The notes below the pieces were generated by a model that searched no databases, had not been told where the DNA came from, and worked only from the letters and a program-made list of their open reading frames with translations. Made by a program: the position numbers and the translations under genes. This document shows positions 1-10,812 of a DNA stretch of 64,000 nt, in pieces; within the stretch, counting starts at the first letter, position 1; the number at the start of each line of letters is the position of its first letter. The DNA is taken from positions 1,364,001-1,428,000 of the forward strand of contig OZ024764.1 of the NCBI GenBank assembly GCA_964016885.1. The letters are read 5' to 3'. The DNA is from Eledone cirrhosa. Lineage: Eukaryota.

Positions 1-1523
1 TTGTTAGCTGTCAAGACACTGCATCCATTAAAACCTCCATGGAACAAACTACCTGCATCAGTTGTTAGCTGTCGAGACACTGCATCCATTAAAACCTCCA
101 TGGAACAAACTACCTGCATCAGTTAGCTGTCGAGACACTGCATCCTTTAAAACCTCCATGGAACAAACTACCTGCATCCTTTACAGCCTCCATGGAACAA
201 ACTAGCTGCATCAGTTGTTAGCTGTCGAGACACTGCATCCTTTAAAACCTCCATGGAACAAACTAGCTGCATCAATTGTTAGCTGTCGAGACACTACATC
301 CATTAAAACCTCCATGGAACAAACTACCTGCATCAGTTGTTAGCTGTCGAGACTCTGCATCCATTAAAACCTCCATGGAACAAACTACCTGCATCAGTTG
401 TTAGCTGTCAAGACACTGCATCCATTAAAACCTCTATGGAACAAACTACCTGCATCAGTTGCTAGCTGTTGAGACACTGCATCCTTTAAAACCTCCATGG
501 AACAACCTCCCTGCATCAGTTGTTAGCTGTCGAGACACTGCATCCTTTAAAAACTCCCTGCATCCTTTAAAACCTCCATGGAATAAACTACCTGCATCAG
601 GTGTTAGCTGTCGAGACACTGCACCTTTAAGACCTCCATGGAACAAACTCCCTGCATCCTTTACAGCCTCCATGGAACAAACTACCTGCATCAGTTGTTA
701 GCTGTCGAGACACTGCATCCTTTAAAACCTCCATGGAACAAACTACCTGCATCAGTTGTTAGCTGTCAAGACTGCATCCATTAAAACCTCCATGTAACAA
801 ACTACGAGCATCAGTTGTTAGCTGTCAAGACACTGCATCCATTAAAACCTCCATGGAACAAACTACCTGCATCAGTTGTTAGCTGTCGAGACACTGCATC
901 CTTTAAAACCTCCATGGAACAAACTCCCTGCATCACTTGTTAGCTGTCGAGACACTGCATCCTTTAAAACCTCCATGGAACAAACTACCTGCATCAGTTG
1001 TTAGCTGTCGAGACACTGCATCCTTTAAAACCTCCATGGAACAAACCCTGCATCAGTTGTTAGCTGTCGAGACACTGCATCCTTTAAAACCTCCATGGAA
1101 CAAACTACCTGCATCAGTTGTTAGCTGTCGAGACACTGCATCCTTTAAAGCCTCCATGGAACAAACTACCTCCATCAGTTGTTAGCTGTCGAGACACTGC
1201 ATCCTTTAAAGCCTCCATGGAACATCTGCCTGCATCAGTTGTTAGCTGTCAAGACACTGCATCCTTTAAAACCTACATGGAACAAACTACTTGCATCAGT
1301 TGTTAGCTGTCGAGACACTGCATCCTTTAAGGCCTCCATGGAACAAACTCCCTGCATCAGTTGTTAGCTGTAAACATACTGCATCCTTTAAAACCTCCAT
1401 GGAACAAACTAGCTGCATCAGTTGTTAGCTGTCTAGACACTGCATCATTTAAAACCTCCGTGGAACAAACTACCTGCATCAGTTGTTAGCTGTCTAGACA
1501 CTGCATCATTTACAACCTCCATG
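1..1523 (+). repeat. 61-bp minisatellite (~25 copies, runs off the window start) derived from the CR1 ORF2 3' end
   Basis: Unit GTTGTTAGCTGTCGAGACACTGCATCCTTTAAAACCTCCATGGAACAAACTACCTGCATCA, period 61. It encodes WNKLPASVVSCRDTASFK, matching the end of CR1 ORF 39219..39671. Confidence 0.95.
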
Positions 1524-1684
1524 CTTCCTGAAATTCTCCAACACTACACCTGATATCCCCCCTATATATCATGACTCATACACTGTTCACTTTCCTGACA
1601 TTTGTATATTATTCTATGTACTATACATGCACCTTTGATGAGTTATAGTGTACCGTAGCACTGTACACAATAATTTCATTATTA
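1524..1684 (+). mobile_element. CR1-like LINE stop codon and 3' UTR with (ATT) tail
   Basis: CTTCCTGAAATT...TACACCTGA...CACTGTACACAATAATTTCATTATT. Same sequence at 10620-10812, 38160-38357 and, on the minus strand, 22845-23030, 38950-39250 and 51640-51794. Confidence 0.85.
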
Positions 1685-2378
1685 AAACAGTCTATCTTGG
1701 TCAAAGGGAGATAATCTGACATCAGGACGTTATCGTCTGCCTTCAACCAATTTCTCCAAATTTGTGGCTACCTCACCCCAGTAAATTTACTGAAAGGTGG
1801 ATGAATGTGGCAAAAATAACCCGAATGATTGGGCCTTCTCTGTATATAAACCTGTAGGTTAAAGAAGAGAGCAAAAGGAAGAAAGGAGCACTTGCACAAC
1901 ACGCTCCTGGAGTTGAGGGTTGTTCTATCTACGGGGTATTAAACAACCCATTTGTGGCCCCTCCCCCCTATTGGGGATTTCGATTGTTGTGATTTGTTTG
2001 TTTTATATTTTTACACGACTGTATGTAAAACCCCCGGCATGTGTCTTTGTATTGTCCCCTTTTCTTGTGCGCCCTTGTGGCAAATAAAAAAATATATCTT
2101 AACAATTCTTTATAAAGTCCCGAAATTTTAGTTTTCTCTCCATGGTGAGGTCAAATTTTCCTTAAATTCCCCTCCTTTCAATTTTTAGATAATCTTTCCG
2201 ACTTCTTACGTATTTCACTAATATAAAAACAAAACTATCTTCGATTTTATCAATTGCTGAAAAGATCATTATTATTATTATTATTTATTAAATAAACACC
2301 AGTAACAACATTTAATTTAAGTCAGAAATGTCCAAACTACAACTAAATTAATATAGTTTTCATTTGTTAATATATTGT

Positions 2379-2511
2379 CTATATATATATATATGAAATA
2401 CTATACACACACATATATATGTGTATGTGTGTGTAATATATATGTATATATATATAAATATATAGAGTTATGTATATATATGTGTGTGTGTATGTGTGTG
2501 TAATATATATG

Positions 2512-2542
<31 letters not shown>

Positions 2543-2575
2543 AATATATATGTATATATATATAAATATATAGAG

Positions 2576-2623
<48 letters not shown>

Positions 2624-2686
2624 AATATATATGTATATATATATATAAATATATAGAGTGATGTATATATATGTGTGTGTGTAATA

Positions 2687-2739
<53 letters not shown>

Positions 2740-3086
2740 AATATATATGTATATATAAATCAATATATAGTGATGTATATATATATATGTGTGTATGTGT
2801 GTGTAATATATATGTATATATATATAAATATATAGAGTGATGTATATATGTGTGTGTATGTGTGTAATATATATGTATATATATATAGATATATAGAGTG
2901 ATGTATATATATGTGTGTGTGTATGTGTGTGTAATATATATGTATATATATATCAATATATAGTGATCTATATATATATATATATATGTGTATGTGTGTG
3001 TAATATATATGTATATATATATATATATATATATGTGTATGTGTGTGTAATATATATGTATATATATATATCAATATATAGTGATG

Positions 3087-3123
<37 letters not shown>

Positions 3124-3158
3124 AATATATATGTATATATATATATCAATATATAGTG

Positions 3159-3208
<50 letters not shown>
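2379..3208. repeat. Compound (TA)n/(TG)n microsatellite with a ~60-80 bp higher-order unit
   Basis: Recurring ATATAGAGTGATG(TA)n(TG)nTAATATATATG blocks. Confidence 0.9.
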
Positions 3209-3209
<1 letters not shown>

Positions 3210-3445
3210 AAGTGACTGAGTGTTCCCGCCACAACCCACCCGACTATCAACACCACCACCTCCAGTATTCCTGGACAAGACTCGGAAGGGTAAACATCCC
3301 AGATATTACTGGTCCTTATTTCCAGCTTAATTGACTGGAGCAATGAAGAGTCTTGCTCAAGGACACAACACAACCCAGTCTTGAAGACGAAAACACGACA
3401 TTATAACAGTAAGTACAACACTTTCACTATTAGGGTCCGCGCCAT
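3208..3445 (-). mobile_element. Diverged tRNA-derived SINE (same family as 23445-24725)
   Basis: Shares GTGAAGTGACTGAG, TATTACTGGT and CTGGAGCAA..TTGCTCAAGGACACAACAC with 23445-24725. Confidence 0.65.
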
Positions 3446-3498
3446 CTCCCTGTCTGTCTGTCTGTGTGTCTGTCTGTGTGTGTATGTGTGTGTGTGAG

Positions 3499-3553
3499 AG
3501 AGCTTCCTGATGATTTCTCACGAATGAAACAGTTCTAGTCCTGTAGAAGCTTT
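3499..3553 (+). ncRNA. Type I hammerhead ribozyme motif (family A)
   Basis: AGAGCTTC-CTGATGA-T.TTC(TCAC)GAA.T-GAAA-CAG(TTCTAGTC)CTG-TA^GAAGCTTT. Stem I 8 bp, stem III 4 bp, GUA cleavage triplet, U.U pair at the base of stem II. The host repeat extends to ~3628. Confidence 0.75.
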
Positions 3554-3641
3554 TCTATATTAAAACATTTATACTCTGCTATGTATTGAGTACCTTACTG
3601 TGGTTACCCCCGATTGAACCGGGAATAACACACACACACAT

Positions 3642-3698
<57 letters not shown>

Positions 3699-3789
3699 TT
3701 TATATCATATATACACGCACGTATATCACACACAGACATATATATATGGTGGCTGCCAACTCGTTTTCGAGTACGGCCACTACTTTATA

Positions 3790-4160
3790 TCCATGTAGGA
3801 GAACCCCTACCGATGCGCTGAACGAGTGACTTTTTAGTCCAGCCAGCGACTTGAAAACTCTGGTACAAACACTACACTTGTGACAATTATTGACACATAG
3901 TGCTGGGCCCATGGTACCCTGTGAGGACAAGTGCAGAGAGATCTCCAGATATAAAGCAATGCCTGTGCCGTGAAGCTTTTATAGTGAGCAAAGGCACTGC
4001 ACAAAGCCAGTCCCACTCTCTTAACCAAGATGATATTTACCAAAAAGAAGAACAAGTCAACATCATTGTATACCATCAGGGTTGAAGGTGTTATATCAGA
4101 GTTTTCCTTCTCCTAGAATTCTGCCTTGAGAAAGGCTGAGGAGTCACCTCTCCCTTATAT
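3790..4160 (-). mobile_element. LINE/SINE remnants: C2H2-like LINE C-terminus plus a dispersed repeat
   Basis: ORF 3700..3930 contains CSVCTRVFKSLAGLKSH. The CAATGCCTGTGC..CCCACTCTC..TCAACATCAT repeat recurs at 44055-44275 and 63225-63340. Confidence 0.45.
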
Positions 4161-4454
4161 ATATATACACACACACACACATATTCTCCTTCACACTAAT
4201 ATGTATCTGTATATATCTATCGATCTGTCTGTTTATCGATCTATCGACCTAAAGTTCGTTGTCAGAGGCCCGGCTCCCCCAAATGTCCTGAATAACATCG
4301 GAAATAAAAATAATTTATCAACAAACCCTTGAATCATTCAGTAATTTGTTTTTATTCTGTCCAGCCATGGACACAGTTTCCCCCGTTATATAACATCAAC
4401 TATTTAAAATGGAGGGAAAGATTTTGTTGACACTTCTGTCATATACGAGGCTTG

Positions 4455-4850
4455 TACCTTTAAACCTGGGGTTAATGCTAAGAACCTGGGGTTAATGCTG
4501 AAAACCTGGGGTCTTTAAAACATCAGTAACTGTCATATATGAGGTTTAAACCTGGGGTTAATGGTGACAACCTTGGGTCTTTAAAACTTATGCTAATGGT
4601 GACTACCTCGGGTCTTTAAACGTGGGGCTAATGGTGACAACCTTGGGTCTTTAAACCATCAGTAGTTGTCATGTGAAGTTTGTACCCTTAAACCTGGGGT
4701 TAATGGTGACAATCTCGGGTCTTTAAACCATCAGTAACTGTCATATGAAGCTTGCACCCTTAAACCTGGGGTTAATGGTGACAATCTCGGGTCTTTAAAC
4801 CATCAGTAACTGTCATATGAAGCTTGTACCTTTAAACCATCAGTAGTTGT
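4455..4850. repeat. Degenerate ~36/72-bp tandem repeat
   Basis: AAACCTGGGGTTAATGGTGACAA..GGGTCTTT recurs; TTAAACCATC at 4651, 4723 and 4795 gives period 72. A single-copy relative lies at 5448-5620. Confidence 0.7.
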
Positions 4851-4939
4851 CAATCTGTCTTTTACAATCCATAAAATCCCGATATTTCAGTATTTTATTC
4901 TTTTCAGCTATAGATATAGGATCTCCCATATATTTAAAA

Positions 4940-5441
4940 CAGCCGAGCGGAGTAAGACCCTCAAATACTCTGATCTGTCGGCGGTCAGCTACATTTTTCA
5001 GCCTGTGGCTTTCGAGAGCTCTTCACTGGCGGGTCGTCTAATAGAGGTGACTGGCGAATCTCGCGAGGGCGCTTGGCTGTTTCAGCACCTCAGCCTGGCC
5101 ATCACCCGAGGTAACACTGCCAGTGTGCTGGCTTGCCTCAAAACTCACCAGAGAAGTTGCCCAGTACCCCTCGTTGCTGTCTTTTGCTCTGGTGTTGGCT
5201 CCGTTGTCCACCCCTTCCTTTACATTTTCTTTAATATTGTAACATTAAAAGAATATATCTTTCATTGTATCATCCTTTGTAGTGTTACCGAGGCATTTGT
5301 AATGTTAAACATATTTGTTATGTTATTCTACTGTAAATGTATTTATAAGCTCTGTTTATATTTTCATTCTGAAGGAATTGCAAACGATTAGTAATGTTGT
5401 TTGTGCAACTATGAATAAAATAAAGTATGTTTATAAAAAAA
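4940..5441 (+). mobile_element. 3' end of a CRE-like (restriction-like endonuclease) non-LTR retrotransposon
   Basis: Translates KTLKYSDLSAVSYIFQPVAFES..GRLIEVTGESREGAWLFQHLSLAITRGNTASVL, resembling the CRE C-terminal K..KY/F.P.A.E/QRGNA pattern. Followed by a T-rich UTR, AATAAA and an A tail. Confidence 0.55.
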
Positions 5442-6700
5442 TTGAGTTAAAGATTCGCTGACACTGGCGTTATACACGAGGCTTATGGCTTTAAACACGG
5501 GTCAATGGAAGACCCCCGAGTCTTTAAACTAACGGCAATTGTCAACCTGTCTTTTCCAATTCATAAAACCCAGATATTTCTCTAGTTTATCCTCTTCAAC
5601 TTTGGATATAGTGTTTCCCAGCTTCTACATAACTTCTGCCCCGGAGAATGGCCAGCGACACTCGCGGCAACAGTCACCCCACTGGGCTCCATCCTCAACT
5701 GGGCTGCTCTCTTTCAGATGTTATATTTTTATGAATTCATCCTTACGGGGTCGATAAAATAAAGTACTAGTAATACACTGTGTTATTGCTGGCCTTGTGA
5801 CAAAAGTAGAAATAGTTATATTTTTATGAATTATATTTTGTAAGGTTCCTAGCAATAATTAATTATATATATATATATATATATTATGTGTGTTTATATT
5901 TTCATTCTGTAAGAATTATAAACAATTTGTAACGTTATTTATACAACTGTGTCTAAATAACAACTATTTAGTCCAGGTCATGTTGATGGAGGAGTCGTTG
6001 ATATTTTTTACCATGTTCGTGAAGATATATATATAAATAGCTTGTTTGGTGGATGGGAAATGGTGAAAGGGAGATTGTAAAAGAATTCCGTAAAATTGAT
6101 AGCTATAAATCTTTATAAATAAATAGCCATGTCTTGTTTTATCCATATATATAAACATTTACGATGTGAGAAGGCGCGAAATATTTTGTGACACTGGAGT
6201 CATATATATGGCTTCTACATCTAAACTAAAGCTCAATGGTGAGATTATCTGGTCTGTAAACATCGACCATTGATAATCTCATCGTTTCTAATTCATTAAT
6301 TGCTGTCAATATATGTTTTTATTAGTTTTAAGGACATTTAAACTGGTTGAGTACCCCTCGACTGGCAGACGACCGTTGACAACCTAACATACCCTGGTTA
6401 TCTCCCCTTGACTGTAATTTTACTTCAGACTTGAAAATCCTCAGAAGACATCAGACAGGGTTTGTGTGTGTTTATATATATTTATATACATACATGTATT
6501 TATATATATACATGTATAATATATATACATATATAATATATATCTACATATATATAATATAACACACACACACACACACATATATACATATATATATATA
6601 TACATGTATTTATATATATATATATACATATATATAATATATAACACATACACACACATATATATATATACATACATGTATTTATATATATATATATATT

Positions 6701-6992
6701 TTGACTTTTGGGAGGCTCCCATACAGCTCTGAGTTTTTCATCCTCAGCATTCTCGTGTAGACTGAGGTTAGCTGGACATGCTCACCGACATCCAGACTTG
6801 ACATTGCACTCAGTGCTGCTGTGGGAGCCCCTGCATGGACACACTGGAAGGGGATGACTAAGGTTAACGTATGTTGATGCCCTAAGGACAGACACTGGTC
6901 TGTTGGAGACGCAGGACATGGCAGCGATAATAAGGGACAGAGACAGCTGGAGAGAACTCGTCCATGGATCTCGGGAATTTTACCTGCCCTAG
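6701..6992 (+). mobile_element. RTE-clade LINE 3' fragment with an inverted 5' piece (one per array unit)
   Basis: Homologous to 56619-57023; array copies encode RLAGHAHRHPEL..GRPRLTY.D..RDRDRWRELV. Other copies at ~11650, 14580, 17552 and 21351. Confidence 0.8.
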
Positions 6993-7018
6993 AATATATA
7001 TATATATATATATATATT

Positions 7019-9125
7019 CTAGGAAAACCGTCAAGGAAAACCGTGATATTGTCGGGGAGAAGTGTGTACTTAACGATGATGGCGTACTTGCCATCACTGA
7101 CGCTGATAAGAAGGTAGCTTGGAAGTGTCACTACGAAAGGCTACTAAATGTGGAGAATAAATGGGAGAAAGACAGTCTCCTTCACATCGACCCAATAGAG
7201 GGACCAGCAGTGTTAGTCGAAGGTAGTATAGTAAGTAAAGCAATCAAAGATATGAAGACGGGTACGGTGACTGGGCCTTCGGAAATAGTTCCTGAGATGC
7301 TGAAAGCCTCTGGAACGGTGGGACACACCATGGTCAACCAGATAGTAAACCATGTCATACAGAATGGGGTTGTTCCGAAGGACTGGCACCGCAGCATCAT
7401 CATTAACTGTTACAAGGGTAAAGGAGATGCCCTAGATAGGAGTAACTATAGAGGCATTAAATTAATCGACCAGGTCATGAAGGTCAGGGAAAAAGTAATA
7501 GCGCAACTAATCAGAGAGAATTGACCTAGATGAAATGCAGTTCGGGTTTGTGTCAGACAAAAGTACCACAGACGCTCTTTTCATTGTACGACAACTACAG
7601 GAGAAGTACCTAGCTAAAAGTAAGCCCCTATACTTAGCTTTTGTCGACTTGGAGAAAGCCTTCGACAGAGTTATCTGGTGGGCTCTTAGAAAACTAGGTG
7701 TTGACGAATGGCTTGTGAGAGCTATACAAGCCATGTATAAAGAAACAGTCAGCAAGGTTAGAATTAACAACGAATATAGTGAAGAGTTTAGCGTAAAAGT
7801 TGGTGTTCATCAGGGCTCTGTTCTTAGCCCCCTACTATTTATTATTGCCCTTCAGGCTATAACAGTGGAGTTCAAGACCGGCTGCCCATGGGAACTCCTA
7901 TACGCAGATGATCTAACGCTCATAGCTGAATCAATGGCCGAGTTAGAGAAGAAATTCCAAACATGGAAGCACGGCCTAGAATCAAAAGGCCTTAAAATTA
8001 ACCTGGCTAAGACTAAAGTTCTAGTTTATAGGAAAGAAAATAAGGCGCCGGTCCCTTCCGGGAAATGGCCATGCTCAGTGTGTAGGAAAGGCGTAGGTAG
8101 AAACTCCATTTTATGTCCCAAATGCAAAGTATGGGTGCATAAAAGATGTAGTGGGATCACAGGTAAGCTAACTAAGAACATAGATTTTACATGTGGCCGG
8201 GGCTCTGGTGCAATAAGTAGCAGCAAGTGCCCACAAAATACTAGCTCTTTCAATTGCGCAGAGGGTTCTATAGAAATAGTGGACAGCTTCCGTTAACTGG
8301 GTGACAAAATCAGCAGTCGGGGAGGGTGCTCTGAAAGTACAGTAGCTAGAGTCAGAACTGGATGGAAAAAGTTCAGAGAGCTTATACCACTATTAGCCGC
8401 TAAAGGGTTCTCTCTAAAAATGAAAGGCAGGTTGTATGATGCCTGCATACGAACAGCAATGTTGCATGGCAGTGAGTCCTGGGCATTGTGTGCAGAGGAT
8501 ATACGCAGACTAGAGAGGAACGAAGCTTGCATGCTCCGCTGGATGTGTAATAGTAATATACGTGAACGGCAAAGCATAAACGAACTAAGGGAAAAATTAG
8601 AAATAAGAGGTATCAGATGTTGTTTACTCGAGAGAAGGCTACATTGGTATGGTCACGTGATGCTCATGAAAGACGACAGCTGTATAACAAAGTGCAGGGC
8701 AATGAAGATAGACGGTAGCCACGGAGTAGGCAGACACAGAAAAACCTGGGACGACTTGATAAATTCCGACCTCACACACTTACACCTCTCCAAGACAATG
8801 TCACTGGACCGAGATCTTTGGCGGTACTCAGTAATAGAGAAGACCCGCCTTACCTAAATACAAAGTAAAACCTACTACAGTCAGTAGGCATCTATAACAA
8901 AATACACCCCCATCCACACCGCCCCTTTCAATGTAAAGTTATGTTGGTGCCACAACATCCAGGCCAAAACAAATGAGATCGTGTAGGTGTCACGACACAA
9001 AAACACACAGTCCACGCTGTAATGTGGCCGTGTAGGCAACACGGTAAAAACCTCCCAGCCCCACACTGTAAATGTGGTTGGTGTTAGGAAGGGCATCCAG
9101 CTGTAGATGATGATGATGATGATGA
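7019..9125 (+). mobile_element. 5'-truncated RTE LINE (family 1), frameshifted RT with PHD-like insert, 3' UTR and (GAT)n tail
   Basis: ORFs 6964..7524, 7535..8296 and 8420..8857 contain [44 protein letters not shown] and RRLHWYGHV. Flanked by (TA)n. Confidence 0.95.
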
Positions 9126-9189
9126 TATATATATATATATATATATACGATATTAACAAATGGAAACTATATTTATAAAACCATATTTA

Positions 9190-9251
9190 ATTCATTATAC
9201 ATATTTCAAGGACACCAAGTTAAATTATGGTGTGTTTTCATCAGATAAAAT
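9190..9251 (-). ncRNA. Minimal type I hammerhead motif (family D1); copies at 12026-12085, 14967-15026, 17925-17984, 21724-21783
   Basis: Reverse complement: TTTTAT-CTGATGA-AAAC.ACACCA..TGGTGT.CCTT-GAAA-TATGTA-TA^ATGAA. Confidence 0.65.
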
Positions 9252-9409
9252 ATGATATAGAGCAGTACTTATTTGTTGAGTGCTTTATATCAGTTATAAA
9301 AATATTTGCTTGTTGTATCCCAACAATTTAAATAGAACTTTTACATACATATATATATATTATTCAAAATATTAATAAATGACAAATATTCTCATAACCA
9401 AAATATATT

Positions 9410-9468
9410 TTTTATTATACATATTTCAAAGGTACAATGGTGTTTAAGTATGTTTTCATCAGATAAAA
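9410..9468 (-). ncRNA. Minimal type I hammerhead motif (family D2); copies at 12293-12351, 15204-15262, 18172-18230, 21979-22037
   Basis: Reverse complement: TTTTAT-CTGATGA-(weak stem II)-GAAA-TATGTA-TA^ATAAAA, with a perfect 6-bp stem I. Confidence 0.6.
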
Positions 9469-9781
9469 TATATGAGAGATTGGATATGTGACATACCGCT
9501 ACGGTTTTGATTATTCAATTCCAATAGTATATATAATATATATAATATATATAATATATATAATATATATAATATATATAATATATATAATATATATAAT
9601 ATATTTAGTTCTACGTGAGAAACAAGAGATGTACAAACACCTTCTAGAGAAGTCCAAAAATCGCAACAGTATGGTTAAGGCTATGAAATCAATAATTAAC
9701 AGCAGTCTTTGACAAATGAGATTTGGTGGCACCAGAAAGCCAATGAAGCACAAGCAGTTGCAGACCAGAAAGACTCTAAAG

Positions 9782-9850
9782 CAGTGGTCGATAATCCCCG
9801 GCTTATGGGCTGGATGTGGCCCGTGAAGGATCTTTGTCCAGCCTGCCAAC
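9782..9850 (+). mobile_element. Possible hAT/Charlie-like transposon end (one per array unit)
   Basis: CTCTAAAG|CAGTGGTCGATAATCCCCGGC..GGGCTGGATGTGGCCCG resembles Charlie-type termini. No partner TIR found. Confidence 0.35.
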
Positions 9851-9954
9851 AGGTTTCGATCTTAGGCTAATTGACCCCTGAAAAAGTGCTCTGAATTATT
9901 TTGGATTAGAATACCGACTAGAGAACACGTCTAGCCACAAAATTCACTTAGCTG

Positions 9955-10263
9955 ATATCATCATCGTTTAACGTCCATCTTTCACGCTGGCATGGGTTGG
10001 ACGGTTTTGTCCCACTTGAGGCAAGATTGGCCAGGAAACCATTTCTCGCTCGTACAGAACTGTCTCCGGCACGTTTTCTATGGCTGGATGCACTTCCTAA
10101 CACCAAAGACATTTACAGTGTGGACTGGGTACCTTTTGTTGTGACACCTAGATGACCACTTCACAGTGTGGACTAGGAGGTTTTTGTTGTGACACCTACA
10201 TGACAACTTTACTGTGTGGACTTGGTACTTTTTGTCAGGACACCTACATGAACACTTTACAGT
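9955..10263 (-). mobile_element. RTE family-1 3'-UTR/SINE tail with 3-4 proto-units of the 48-bp repeat (array units 1-4)
   Basis: CATCATCGTTTAACGTCC..GGCTGGATGC.CTTCCTAACACC..(TTTACAGTGTGGACT..TTGTTGTGACACCTACATGA)n. Confidence 0.8.
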
Positions 10264-10812
10264 TTGGCAACTGACTTGGTAAAAACCCACAAAATTATTA
10301 ACCATCTTGCCAACAACAACCCTGAGCACCTTTTTGAATTCCATGTGTCTAACACACGTGGACATGCCAACAGTGTCAGAAAACAGCACAGCTCCCATGA
10401 CTTTCAGAAACATTTTTCACGCTCAGTGTTGCTGAAGCATGGAACAAACTACCTGCATCAGTTGTTAGCTGTCGAGACACTGCATCCTTTAAAACCTCCA
10501 TGGAACAAACTACTTCCATCAGTTGTTAGCTGTCGAGACACTGCATCCTTTAAAACCTCCATGGAACAAACTACCTGCATCAGTTGTTAGCTGTCGAGAC
10601 ACTGCATCCTTTAAAACCTCCATGCTTCCTGAGATTCACCAACCCTACACCTGATATCCCCTCTCCACACACATACACATACACATACACATATATATCA
10701 TGACTCATACACTGTTCACTTTCCTGACATTTGTACATTATTCTATGTACTATAAATGCACCTTTGATGAGTTGTAGTGCACCTGAGCACTGTACACAAT
10801 AATTTCATTATT
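10264..10812 (+). mobile_element. CR1 LINE 3' fragment with 61-bp expansion (also 13147-13560, 15983-16518, 18945-20332)
   Basis: DLVKTHKIINHL..NTRGHA and, in other units, FTLRVAEAWNKLP. 61-bp copy numbers are about 3, 4, 6 and 20. Confidence 0.85.

Noticed and set aside
5964-6158. 64-aa ORF conserved in five copies (and 9488-9712 copies)
   Set aside because: Conservation reflects recent duplication; no recognisable motif.
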